Assembly: GCA_965204375.1 (NCBI GenBank)
Contig: OZ241986.1
Span: 5,504,001-5,568,000 of the forward strand
Origin: Candidatus Latescibacterota bacterium
GTDB lineage: Bacteria; Latescibacterota; UBA2968
Reading direction: 5' to 3'
DNA: 64,000 bases
Shown: one piece after another, positions 1-9,230 of the stretch
Position numbering within the stretch: position 1 is the stretch's first letter
How the letters are laid out: every line of letters starts with the position of its first letter
The notes under the pieces: model-generated
What the model saw: the letters and a program-made list of their open reading frames with translations, nothing else
What the model was told of the DNA's origin: nothing
Databases searched by the model: none
Translations under genes and position numbers: made by a program

Positions 1-2
1 CT

Positions 3-1394
3 ACCGCCTATGTCGCCGAGCAGTGGGGCCGTCGCTGGATTACCATTGATACCTCTCGTGTCGCACTTGCGCTGGCCCGTGCTCGGATTATGGGTGCTCG
101 CTATCCCTACTACCTGTTGGCTGATAGTGTCGAGGGACAGTTGAAAGAGGCTGAGAGCGAGTGCAGGGCACCTTCGGAATCGCCAGCCTATGGCAATATC
201 CGCCAGGGTTTCGTGTACGAGCGCGTGCCCCACATCATGCTTAAGGACATTGCCAATAACACTGAGATCGACGTGATTTGGGAAGCATTTCAGGAGAAAT
301 TAGAGCCTTTGCGTCAGAAACTCAATGAGGTTCTTGAGAAGGAATGGGAGGAGTGGGAGATTCCGCGCGAGGCCGACGAGGATTGGTCAGAGAAGGTCAG
401 GAAGCTACACGCCGATTGGTGGAAACAGCGCATCGCGCGACAAAAAGAGATTGACGCATCTATTGCGGCGAAGGCGGACTACGAATATCTATACGATAAT
501 CCCTATGAGGATTCGCGGAAGGTGCGCGTTGCGGGTCCATTTACCGTCGAGAGCATTTCGCCCCATCGCGTGTTGGCAGTGGATGAGAACGACGAGTTTA
601 TTGAAGACGTTGAGGAAGCGAAAACTGGCTACGATTTCGCCCAAGTGATTCTGGATAATCTGAAGACTGCGGGCGTCCAGCAGGCACACAAGGACGATCG
701 GATTGCGTTTACCTACACTACTCCATGGCCAGGTGAGATGGTGTGCGCCGAGGGACGTTATGCCGAAGGTGCGACCGAGAAACGTGCGGGTATTTTCGTC
801 GGGCCGGAGTTCGGTACTGTGTCTCGTCCTGACCTAGTGCAGGCTGCGCGGGAAGCTGCCGATGCGGGTTTTGATGTGTTGGTTGCTTGTGCCTTCAACT
901 ACGACGCACACACGACGGATTTCGAGCGGTTGGGACGCATCCCGGTGCTCAAGGCGCGTATGAATGCCGACCTGCACATGGCCGATGATTTGAAGAACAC
1001 GGGCAAGGGAAATTTATTCGTTATTTTCGGTGAGCCGGATATCGACATACTGGATGTCGAAGATGGGCAGATACAGGTGAGAGTAAATGGGGTGGATGTG
1101 TTTCACCCAAATACGGGAGAGGTTCGTAGCGATGGCCCGGAGGGTATCGCTTGCTGGTTCATTGACACGGACTACAATGAGGAGAGTTTCTTTGTACGCC
1201 ACGCCTATTTTCTCGGTGCCAGCGATCCGTACAAATCGCTGAAGACCACGCTCAAGGCCGAGATCAACGAGGACGCCTGGGCCACTCTTAAAAGCGATAC
1301 TTCTCGACCCTTTGAGAAGCCCGCATCTGGGCGCATCGCCGTCAAGGTCATCAATCATCTGGGTGATGAGGTGATGAAGGTGTTCCGGGTGTGA
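3..1394 (+). CDS. Adenine-specific DNA methyltransferase, type III R-M Mod-like (5'-truncated by window edge)
   Basis: Frame is open from position 3: TAYVAEQWGRRWITIDTSRVALALARARIM, the segment that follows the SAM-binding motif in Mod-like MTases. C-terminus GRIAVKVINHLGDEVMKVF is typical of this family. Confidence 0.85.
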   Translation, partial: TAYVAEQWGRRWITIDTSRVALALARARIMGARYPYYLLADSVEGQLKEAESECRAPSESPAYGNIRQGFVYERVPHIMLKDIANNTEIDVIWEAFQEKLEPLRQKLNEVLEKEWEEWEIPREADEDWSEKVRKLHADWWKQRIARQKEIDASIAAKADYEYLYDNPYEDSRKVRVAGPFTVESISPHRVLAVDENDEFIEDVEEAKTGYDFAQVILDNLKTAGVQQAHKDDRIAFTYTTPWPGEMVCAEGRYAEGATEKRAGIFVGPEFGTVSRPDLVQAAREAADAGFDVLVACAFNYDAHTTDFERLGRIPVLKARMNADLHMADDLKNTGKGNLFVIFGEPDIDILDVEDGQIQVRVNGVDVFHPNTGEVRSDGPEGIACWFIDTDYNEESFFVRHAYFLGASDPYKSLKTTLKAEINEDAWATLKSDTSRPFEKPASGRIAVKVINHLGDEVMKVFRV

Positions 1395-1423
1395 GAGATT
1401 TTGCGGTAAAAAAGGTGCATGCG

Positions 1424-1461
1424 TTGCGAAAACAAGCGAAATAGGCTATTCTTGTTGACAC
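1424..1461 (+). promoter_or_regulatory. Repeat copy R1: sigma70-like promoter (TTGCGA-17-TATTCT) overlapped by AACAAG...CTTGTT inverted repeat
   Basis: aacaagcgaaataggctattcttgttgacac at 1431-1461, near-identical to copies at 2773 and 6872. Confidence 0.6.
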
Positions 1462-1565
1462 AGAGAGCTGCGAGTAGGCACGCGAGATTGCTCGTTCACG
1501 CGATATGGGTAGTCTTATTTTAATGTGCAAATTACCAGAAATGGCAAAATATAAAGGAGATTATA

Positions 1566-2414
1566 TTGAAGGAAAATATAACGACAAATAACGACAAATA
1601 TGAAAAAGCGATAAATGTCCTGGTAGAGGAAGAAGTATCACAGCCACTCTCTCCAATACAAAGAGTAGCTGCTAAGTTGTGGTTGAAAAATAATGACATC
1701 ATCGAAACAATTCAGAGTGTTCTTCGTGTATTCAGGTATGATGATAATCGTTTAAAAAAGATGACTGAGTGGGAATTAAAGAAAACTCTTTTAGAGGAAA
1801 TTGCCCAAGAATGTCATTATAAGTTTTTTACTTCACCATTAGGGCTATGGAGCAGGTCTGACCTCAAAAAGCGTATAGGTTGGATTGAAGCTGAAGAACT
1901 GAAAGGGGAAATTGCGCAATTAAACATGCGTAATCCCATTATACACCATGCAGATATGAAATCTACATTTGTGTATAATAAAAAAAGAGGTGTGATCCAC
2001 AAAAAGGAGATATTGGAAACCCTTTCTCGTATGACAAAATTGCACATATTGCTCCAGGCGATATCAAGATATACAAGACAAATAAGTAGTATTGCCAATT
2101 TCTCAATCTCATTGGAAACAACAGTTGATAAAAAAAATCTTATGTTAGTCTTTTTGCCTTTTATATGTGGATTTTTATCATGGAAACATAATGAATCTCG
2201 GGAAAGTTTAAGAGCAGGATGGGAAGCTTCTATCCTAAACCATGTTGTTGGCAAACGTATTGATGACCGTATAGAGGTGTTTGAAAAATACATAAAAGAA
2301 TACGGTGCAAAATATTCTGGTGAACCGATAGATGAGAGAACGGTTGTATTCGATGGAACCTACTCTGAACTCTGCACAAAGCTAAGCGAAGGATGTGAAG
2401 GAGCAGAACAATAG
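1566..2414 (+). CDS. Hypothetical AT-rich protein with Rx4H (HEPN-like) motif
   Basis: 282 aa ORF with TTG start after AAGGAGA; motif RNPIIH; located in a defence island. Confidence 0.6.
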   Translation: MKENITTNNDKYEKAINVLVEEEVSQPLSPIQRVAAKLWLKNNDIIETIQSVLRVFRYDDNRLKKMTEWELKKTLLEEIAQECHYKFFTSPLGLWSRSDLKKRIGWIEAEELKGEIAQLNMRNPIIHHADMKSTFVYNKKRGVIHKKEILETLSRMTKLHILLQAISRYTRQISSIANFSISLETTVDKKNLMLVFLPFICGFLSWKHNESRESLRAGWEASILNHVVGKRIDDRIEVFEKYIKEYGAKYSGEPIDERTVVFDGTYSELCTKLSEGCEGAEQ

Positions 2415-2496
2415 TCTTATTGTCCACCGTACTGCGATGAAGATATAATCGTCTGTAAAGCATTAAGCACGCGAAGTTAAGGGAGCAGTTTCGGAT

Positions 2497-2720
2497 ATGG
2501 CCAAACACTATGTTGAGCACGAACACCAGATAGTATCTCACGAGGCCCTGTCGGAGGCTCGAGAAACACTGGCGGACTTTCTCCAGGGGCATGTCGGCGT
2601 TCTGCATAGTAGTGAATCTATCCCCGGTGGTGCTCGTATGTCGGAAGACAGCAGAAAAAAATTCGCTAAGGGACTACTTGAACAGCGTCAGCAGAGGAAA
2701 CGATGATCTTGACAGATACT
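2497..2720 (+). pseudogene. Remnant of an antitoxin-like gene plus first codons of a possible PIN/VapC-like toxin
   Basis: LADFLQGHVGVLHSSESIPGGARMSEDS is homologous to 7231-7383. Its stop overlaps an ATGA start (2703) reading MILTDT, resembling a PIN N-terminus, which then degenerates. Confidence 0.5.
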
Positions 2721-2772
2721 GTCCTTACTATTTGGAACTCTGTCAAAATAGGAGGAAATCCTGCCCTTTATA

Positions 2773-2804
2773 AACAAGCAGAAAAGGGCTATACTTGTTG
2801 ACAC
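2773..2804 (+). repeat. Repeat copy R2 upstream of ABC ATPase
   Basis: aacaagcagaaaagggctatacttgttgacac. Confidence 0.75.
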
Positions 2805-2853
2805 CTTTTCAAGTTTGCCAAATTTTTTGATCATCGAAGCTATGGAGATGGAC

Positions 2854-4200
2854 ATGAAAATAAAAGAAATAGAGATTCGATCCCTTTTCGGGTATTTTGA
2901 TCACAAGATACCCCTGAAGGAGGATGATCGTATTACTATAATCCACGGGCCGAATGGCGTCGGCAAGACAACGGTTCTCCAGCTTATCTCCGACCTCTTC
3001 AAACGGCAGTTTTTCTCATTGTTTGTTACGCCCTTTGACGACATTGTGGTGCGTTTCAATCCCAAAGGTAGCCTAACGGTTATTCGGTCTAAAGTGGGAA
3101 CGAAGAATTCCGCGAAGCTGAAATTGACCTACCGTGTTGGGAAAGAACGTACCGAGTACACGGTATCTCTAAGTGCACAGGAGAGACTCAGAAAAATCCC
3201 TTCCAGCGTCTTAGAACGAATAATTGACAATATAGAACGTGTTAGCCCATCTGAGTGGTACGATGAAATTACCGGCAGCATAATGTCTTTTGATGAGGTC
3301 ATTTTCCGTTATGGGAAATTCTTGCCTTCTGATATCCGCGAATCTATCATCTCGATTCCAGAAGAAATAGAAAGCCTATTAAAACAAATCAATATTGAGT
3401 TTGTTGAAACTCAGAGACTCTTCACAAGGCATATAGACGAAAGAGACGAAAAAGTGGTGTCTCGATATATAAGAAGAGATGTGTCTGTGGAGCTAATGAC
3501 GGTGGAGAAATACTCAGAAGATATGGCCTCCAGAATAGAGGAATGCCAAAGGGAATCCGGTGAGATGGGCGCATCTTTAGATAGCTCTTTTCCCCAACGA
3601 CTTTTGGAATTGCAACTTCCTGAGATAGCGACGGAAGAGCATATCTGGGAAGAATATAATAGCCAATCAGAATATAGAGACCGATTGATGCGTTCTGGTC
3701 TCATTGCTGCCGAAACGCCCGTTCCTCTCCCCTCGGAAGGTTTGGCAGAGCATGAGCGGAAGGTTTTATGGGCCTACCTCGAGGATGTGAAAAAGAAACT
3801 GCAAGTTTTTGATTGGCTTCTGCGTCGCGTGGAATTGTTCAGAGATATTGTGAACTCACGCTTCTTATATAAGAAGTTCAAAATAGATAGAGAGAAGGGT
3901 TTTATTTTTCAATCGGATCACGATAAGTCTATTGTGCCTCCGAGAGCACTATCTTCTGGAGAGCAGCATGAAATTGTCCTTACTTATGAACTTCTGTTCA
4001 TAGCACGGCCAGGGTCTCTCATTTTTATAGACGAACCTGAGTTGTCTCTTCATGTCATATGGAAGATGAAGTTTCTCGAGGATATTGCCAAGATATCGGA
4101 GCTGGCTGACCTTGATTTTCTTATAGCTACCCATTCTCCATCTATCATCAACGACCGGCGTGACCTCATGGTTAAACTGGCAGATAAAAATGGAAACTAA
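2854..4200 (+). CDS. ABC/AAA_21-type ATPase, PARIS AriA-like
   Basis: Walker A GPNGVGKTT, signature LSSGEQ, Walker B IFIDEPE, H-loop ATHSP; followed by a TOPRIM/DUF4435-like gene; start could also be 2842 or 2848. Confidence 0.8.
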   Translation: MKIKEIEIRSLFGYFDHKIPLKEDDRITIIHGPNGVGKTTVLQLISDLFKRQFFSLFVTPFDDIVVRFNPKGSLTVIRSKVGTKNSAKLKLTYRVGKERTEYTVSLSAQERLRKIPSSVLERIIDNIERVSPSEWYDEITGSIMSFDEVIFRYGKFLPSDIRESIISIPEEIESLLKQINIEFVETQRLFTRHIDERDEKVVSRYIRRDVSVELMTVEKYSEDMASRIEECQRESGEMGASLDSSFPQRLLELQLPEIATEEHIWEEYNSQSEYRDRLMRSGLIAAETPVPLPSEGLAEHERKVLWAYLEDVKKKLQVFDWLLRRVELFRDIVNSRFLYKKFKIDREKGFIFQSDHDKSIVPPRALSSGEQHEIVLTYELLFIARPGSLIFIDEPELSLHVIWKMKFLEDIAKISELADLDFLIATHSPSIINDRRDLMVKLADKNGN

Positions 4201-4324
4201 GTATTATGTATCAGACAGACAATACCATCGTTAATACAGTTCTTCTTGGACGTGACGCGTACAATGGGCCTGTGCTCCTCGTTGAAGGAGCCAATGATGT
4301 GAAATTTTTCCGCAAGTTTGTTAA

Positions 4325-6045
4325 CCTGAAAAATTCATAAAAAAGGTAGTTTCCTTATTCAAGTCATTGTATTATTATAGGTTATCACCATAACCATTAA
4401 ACAATAGACTTGGAGGAAACTACCATGGGGTCACAAGATAAACATCGCAAGGTTCCTTTGGCAAGCATTTTCGGCAAACGGCTTGACCTCGCCTTTGATG
4501 GGGGCATTCTCACCAGCGATAGCGGCGCGTTATTGCTTCGAGAAGTAGAGGCAAAATCTGGCATTTTAACACGCATGAGTGCTGCGATCAGGGATCGTCG
4601 GCATAAGAGTTATGTGAGGCACTCCGTCGCAGAGTTGGTCAAGCAACGGGTGTTCCAGATAGCCTGTGGGTATGAAGATGGCAATGATTGTGATGCCTTA
4701 CGCAGCGATCCGGGTATCAAGGCCGCCTGTGGTGTCTTGCCGCTTTCAGGTAAAGACTTGGGCAGTCAACCCACGATGAGCCGGTTTGAGAACCAGATCA
4801 GGCGAAGCGACTTGTATCGGATTGCCCGTGCCTTCCTCGATTGTTTTATCGCTTCGTATAAAAAGCCGCCCGAGGCGATCATCTTAGATATTGATGATAC
4901 ACAGGATACGGTTTATGGGACCCAGCAGTTGTCCCTATTCAATGGCTATTACAATGCCTACACCTATCAGCCCTTGCATATTTATGAGGGACAAACCGGT
5001 AAGTTGATCACTACGATATTGCGTCCCGGTATCCGTCCGACCGGCCAACAGATAGTCGCCATTATCAAGCGTTTGGTGGCCTATCTGCGTCAGGCTTGGC
5101 CTGATGTGGCGATCATCTTGCGGGGTGATGCCCACTTTTCTTGTCCGCAAGTCCATCACCTTTGTGAGACTGATGACCTGTATTTTATCTTAGGACAGAC
5201 CAGCAATGCCAAGCTTTGTGAGGCGGCACAACCCCTTATCGCGCAGGCCAAAAGGCTTTATGCACATACAAAGGAGGCCGTGCGTCTTTTTACCTCGTTT
5301 TCCTATCAGGCAAAGAGTTGGAACAAGGCACAACGCATCGTATGCAAGGTCGAAATCAGTGACCGAGGCCAAAACACACGCTTTGTCGTGACCAACCTGA
5401 AAAGTTCAATGGCGTCCTTTATCTATCAAAGCGTCTATTGTGCGCGCGGACAGATGGAAAACTTCATTAAAAATCACAAAACCTTTCTCCACTCTGACCG
5501 CACATCCTGTCACAGCTTTACTGCCAATCAGTTCCGCCTCTTTCTCCATTCTGCCGCCTATGTCTTGATACAGACATTGGCGCAAATAGGATTCAATGGC
5601 ACAAGGTGGATAAACGCGCAGGTCAATACCATTCAAAATCGCTTCCTCAAAGTCGCAGGACGCGTCTGTGAGTTGAAAACAAGGATCACCTTCCATCTGC
5701 CTGTGTCCTATCCTTTGCAACATCTGTATCATAAAATCCTACACAATCTGAAAAGGGCAGGACCTTAACCCAAAACGCAGGAGGGCAGAGATGGCAAGCA
5801 GAAGGCAGACAACATCACTGGCGCACACCGCCTTGTGCTGGGCAAAGACTCGGCAGGCAAGGGCAAGGGGGAACCTCTGCCCTTTTTGACTACCACAGGC
5901 ACGCTCTACCAATGACATTGACCTGTCAGAACCCGGTAAAAACACAATCGGGAGCAACAAAAACAGAAAAACACGGACAGAGGGCTTACAACATCGAAAT
6001 GATGACATAAATAGACTATTCAAAAACTTTCATGAATTAGTCGGG
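4325..6045 (+). mobile_element. IS1380-family insertion sequence with 4-bp TTAA target duplication
   Basis: Imperfect terminal IRs cctgaaaaattcataaa / ttcatgaattagtcggg; TTAA at 4321-4324 and 6046-6049. Confidence 0.9.
4425..5768 (+). CDS. IS1380-family transposase
   Basis: FDGGILTSDSGALLL, QRVFQIACGYEDGND, LDIDDT, RGDAHF, YCARGQMENFIK motifs. Confidence 0.93.
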   Translation: MGSQDKHRKVPLASIFGKRLDLAFDGGILTSDSGALLLREVEAKSGILTRMSAAIRDRRHKSYVRHSVAELVKQRVFQIACGYEDGNDCDALRSDPGIKAACGVLPLSGKDLGSQPTMSRFENQIRRSDLYRIARAFLDCFIASYKKPPEAIILDIDDTQDTVYGTQQLSLFNGYYNAYTYQPLHIYEGQTGKLITTILRPGIRPTGQQIVAIIKRLVAYLRQAWPDVAIILRGDAHFSCPQVHHLCETDDLYFILGQTSNAKLCEAAQPLIAQAKRLYAHTKEAVRLFTSFSYQAKSWNKAQRIVCKVEISDRGQNTRFVVTNLKSSMASFIYQSVYCARGQMENFIKNHKTFLHSDRTSCHSFTANQFRLFLHSAAYVLIQTLAQIGFNGTRWINAQVNTIQNRFLKVAGRVCELKTRITFHLPVSYPLQHLYHKILHNLKRAGP

Positions 6046-6864
6046 TTAAAGACTCAGAGATGATAATTATTTCTGCTGAGAATAAGAAGAATGTCCTTGA
6101 CGCCGTTGAGATTCTTGAGTCAGATGGTATCGTACAGGGCTTCTTGGGAATCGTTGATGCAGACTTTGGGCATGTTGATGATTCGTTGCCGACTTCGCAG
6201 AATGTCGTTGTCACTGACGACCACGACGTAGAAATGATGATCATTAGAACTAAGGCATTTGATGAGGTCTTGAGTGAACTGGGGTCGAAATGTAAAATTC
6301 GCAAATTTCCAGATCGAGAGCGTGGAATACACGATACCTTGATGAAGAAAGCACTGGTAGTAGGACACCTCCGCCACTTATCTGTGACAGATGACCTTCG
6401 CTTGCGTTTTGAAGGATTGCGTTTTGAAGGCTTCATTAATCGTGATACGTTGAAAATGGATAAGAACAAAATGATAAATAACGTTTTTCAGTTAACAAAA
6501 AACCCACAATTAGAGATGGAAGATATTCGGAACAGATTTTTGAAGCTTATAGAAGATGAAAATGGCGATCCTTATCAAATCTGTTGTGGGCACGACTTTG
6601 TTGCGATCTTTGGCATCGCGTTGAGAAAGGTTATAGGAAGCAGGTCAAAGGAAGCTGCGAGTCCTGAAGCACTGGGTCGTACGCTACGCCTTGCGTACGA
6701 CAGCGAAGATTTTCGTAAAACCAAGCTCTACTCAGATGCGAAGAGTTGGTCTAAAAGGAATCAAGGCTACGATATTTTCAGGTAAAAAGCTGTTCTAAAA
6801 AAAACAAATTATTCAATATAATTCGTCCATTGATGCGCTGAATTCCGCGATGAAAAGGGGTGTG

Positions 6865-6922
6865 TTGCAAAAACAAGCGGAATGGGGCTATACTTGTTGA
6901 CACAGAGAGATGCGATTAGGCA
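6865..6922 (+). repeat. Repeat copy R3 (TTGCAA-18-TATACT promoter-like plus AACAAG/CTTGTT IR)
   Basis: aacaagcggaatggggctatacttgttgacacagagagatgcgattaggca, with extended similarity to 1424-1480. Confidence 0.75.
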
Positions 6923-7075
6923 AGATCGACTCATCGGTTTGTATCTGTATATTTGTGTGCATTACAAGACCCATCTGTGGACGCATGCTCAATGGCTAAG
7001 CAATAACAATCGTCCTGAATTTACAATGTGAATTGGGTATTATGCGAAAACACATCACGATTAAGGAGACGTTCA

Positions 7076-7383
7076 ATAATTATTACGCTTACTCCTGATA
7101 TCGAGCAGGCGTTGGCCGATCAGGCGCATAAACTGGGAACCACGCCCGAAAACTCGCTCTCGACAGTCTGCGGGAGCGTTTCGCGCCGGAGTTGGCTTGT
7201 GACGCACAGTCGGAGGCCGAAAAAAAAAGAATGCTGGCTGAGTTTTTGCGCGATCACGTCGGCGTTCTGAACAGCAGTGAACACGTTCCTGGCGGTGCTC
7301 GCATGTCGGAGGACACTGGCAGGAAGTTCACCGAGATACTGATCAAAAAGCATCGGCGAAGATCGCAATGGCAGGATGGTTGA
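7076..7383 (+). pseudogene. Frameshifted antitoxin-like small gene
   Basis: RBS AGGAGA followed by ATA (lost start) IITLTPDIEQALADQAHKLGTTPE; frameshift near 7150; continues LALDSLRERF...LAEFLRDHVGVLNSSEHVPGGARMSED; paralog of 2497-2706. Confidence 0.6.
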
Positions 7384-7404
7384 TTATCTACGATAAGAGG
7401 TGAT

Positions 7405-8307
7405 ATGGTGAAACGAAAATTGGGATATGTGGGGCTGGGGATGATGGGTGGCGGGATGGCGAGTCATTTGGTTGCGAGTGGTTATGATGTCGCGGTTCAC
7501 GATTTGCGCGATGAAGCGGTGCAGGTTTTGCAGGAGAAGGGCGCAACGGGTGTGAATACGCCCCGGGCGGTTGCCGAGCAGTCGGAGGTTGTTATTTCTT
7601 CGCTGCCGACGCCGCAGGCTGTTGAGCAAGTCGCTTTGGGATCAGATGGTATTGTTTCAGGATTGTCGGCGGGTCAGGTTTATATCGATATGAGTTCGAT
7701 TGATCCGGATACGACGCGCAGGGTTGGCAGGGTTATAGCGGAAAAGGGCGGTCACATGCTGGATGTGCCTGTGGGCAAGGGTCCGACAGATGCGGCACGA
7801 GGTGGATTGACGCTGATGATTGGCGGCGATGCCGATGTGGTGGCGTCTGTGCAAGATGTGCTGGATACATTGGGCGATGAGCAGTTTTATTGTGGCGAGT
7901 TGGGCATGGGTGTGACGACCAAACTCGTCAATAATCTGGTGTCGTGTTCGGTTGCGACGCTGTTGGGTGAGGCTTTTGCGATGGGTGCTGCCGCAGGATT
8001 GGATGTCAATGTTTTGTGGGATGTGATGTCGAATACGGCTGCAAATTCCTCGCATTTGCAGGGGAGTTTTAAGCGCCGCGCTCTGGTGCGAAATTTTGAA
8101 CCCTATTTTAAGCTGCGACTGTCGCATAAGGATCTCGGGTTGGCCGCACAGATGGCCGCTTCACTGGGTGCGACAAATTTGATGGGCGCGGCAGCGTATC
8201 AGATTCAGACCATAGCGATGGGGATGGGGTTGGGCGATGAAGATCAGACAGCGTCGATTAAGGTGGCGGAGAAGACTGCGGGGACTGAAGTGAGAAGTGT
8301 GAAGTGA
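7405..8307 (+). CDS. Beta-hydroxyacid dehydrogenase (3-hydroxyisobutyrate/tartronate semialdehyde reductase family)
   Basis: GYVGLGMMG Rossmann motif, DVPVG, catalytic KLVNN, KDL. Confidence 0.9.
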   Translation: MVKRKLGYVGLGMMGGGMASHLVASGYDVAVHDLRDEAVQVLQEKGATGVNTPRAVAEQSEVVISSLPTPQAVEQVALGSDGIVSGLSAGQVYIDMSSIDPDTTRRVGRVIAEKGGHMLDVPVGKGPTDAARGGLTLMIGGDADVVASVQDVLDTLGDEQFYCGELGMGVTTKLVNNLVSCSVATLLGEAFAMGAAAGLDVNVLWDVMSNTAANSSHLQGSFKRRALVRNFEPYFKLRLSHKDLGLAAQMAASLGATNLMGAAAYQIQTIAMGMGLGDEDQTASIKVAEKTAGTEVRSVK

Positions 8308-8318
8308 GAAGTGTGAAG
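8287..8318. repeat. Heptamer tandem repeat (GAAGTGA/GAAGTGT, about 4.5 units) overlapping a stop codon
   Basis: gaagtgagaagtgtgaagtgagaagtgtgaag. Confidence 0.8.
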
Positions 8319-8353
8319 GTGCGGGGAGTACTTCAAAGAAAAGGAGAACGAAG

Positions 8354-9214
8354 ATGCCAGTTTTGAGCGAGAAGGATTGGGATTTTTGGCGAGAGAATGG
8401 GTATGTGGTAGTACACAATGCGGTGCCGCAGGAAAATTTGGATGCGATGGTGGATACGATCTGGACATTTTTGGATATGGATCGCGATGATCCAGAGGAT
8501 TGGTATAAGTACAAACCCTATACGCGAGGGAATCCGTGTTCGATGATTGCGGCGTCGGGGATGGTGGAGATTTATCAGCATCAGGCACTGTGGGATAACC
8601 GGCAGTATCCCCGCTTGCATCAGGCGTTTTCCGAAATTTGGGGTACGGAGAAGTTGTGGGTATCGCTGGATCGCGCGAATATGAAGCCGCCTTCGCGGGC
8701 GGATAAACCCGATTGGCAAAATGAAGGCATGATTCACTGGGATACGGATACGTCTGTGCCCAAAGTGCCTTTTGGCGTGCAGGGGGTGTTGTATTTGACG
8801 GATACTTCAGAGGATCAGGGCGGGTTTCAATGTGTGCCGGGGTTTAATAATATTTTTGAGGAGTGGGTCAAGACGCAGCCAGAGGATCGCGATCCCCGGC
8901 GGCCCAATCTGGATGATCTGGAGGTGAAGTCGATTCCGGGCAAGGCAGGTGATCTTTTGATCTGGCATCGGTTGCTGGCACACGGTAATGGACATAACCG
9001 TTCGAATAGGCCCCGTCTGGCGCAGTATATTACGATGTCGCCAGCAGAGGGTCGCGGAGAGGCAGAGCGGGATGAGCGCATTCAGGCATGGCGAGATTGC
9101 AGGCCCACGCCCCGCTGGCCGGGTGATCCGAGGGATTGGGAACACAAAACGCAGAAGCCAGCGAAGTTGACGGAATTGGGTGAGAAGTTGTTGGGCGTGA
9201 CATCGTGGAATTGA
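8354..9214 (+). CDS. PhyH-family Fe(II)/2-oxoglutarate dioxygenase
   Basis: ENGYVV N-terminus, HWD, VPG, GDLLIWH..LAHG, RxAQY. Confidence 0.88.
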   Translation: MPVLSEKDWDFWRENGYVVVHNAVPQENLDAMVDTIWTFLDMDRDDPEDWYKYKPYTRGNPCSMIAASGMVEIYQHQALWDNRQYPRLHQAFSEIWGTEKLWVSLDRANMKPPSRADKPDWQNEGMIHWDTDTSVPKVPFGVQGVLYLTDTSEDQGGFQCVPGFNNIFEEWVKTQPEDRDPRRPNLDDLEVKSIPGKAGDLLIWHRLLAHGNGHNRSNRPRLAQYITMSPAEGRGEAERDERIQAWRDCRPTPRWPGDPRDWEHKTQKPAKLTELGEKLLGVTSWN

Positions 9215-9230
9215 AAGACTGAGGAGTCCC

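Larger units (their letters stand above)
4206..6785 (+). pseudogene. DUF4435/TOPRIM nuclease (PARIS AriB-like), interrupted by IS1380
   Basis: 5' part 4206-4324 encodes MYQTDNT...VLLVEGANDVKFFRKFV. Removing the IS and one TTAA joins it in frame (GTT AAA GAC TCA GAG ATG) to 6060-6785, which carries GIVDADF, TDDHDVE and CCGHD. Confidence 0.8.

Noticed and set aside
6060-6785. Stand-alone 241-aa gene
   Set aside because: It is the 3' fragment of the IS-split TOPRIM gene and lacks the VEG catalytic motif.
1431-6903. R1-R3 as CRISPR repeats or integron attC sites
   Set aside because: Spacing is 1.3 and 4.1 kb with no cas genes; no RYYYAAC/GTTRRRY core match and no integrase seen.
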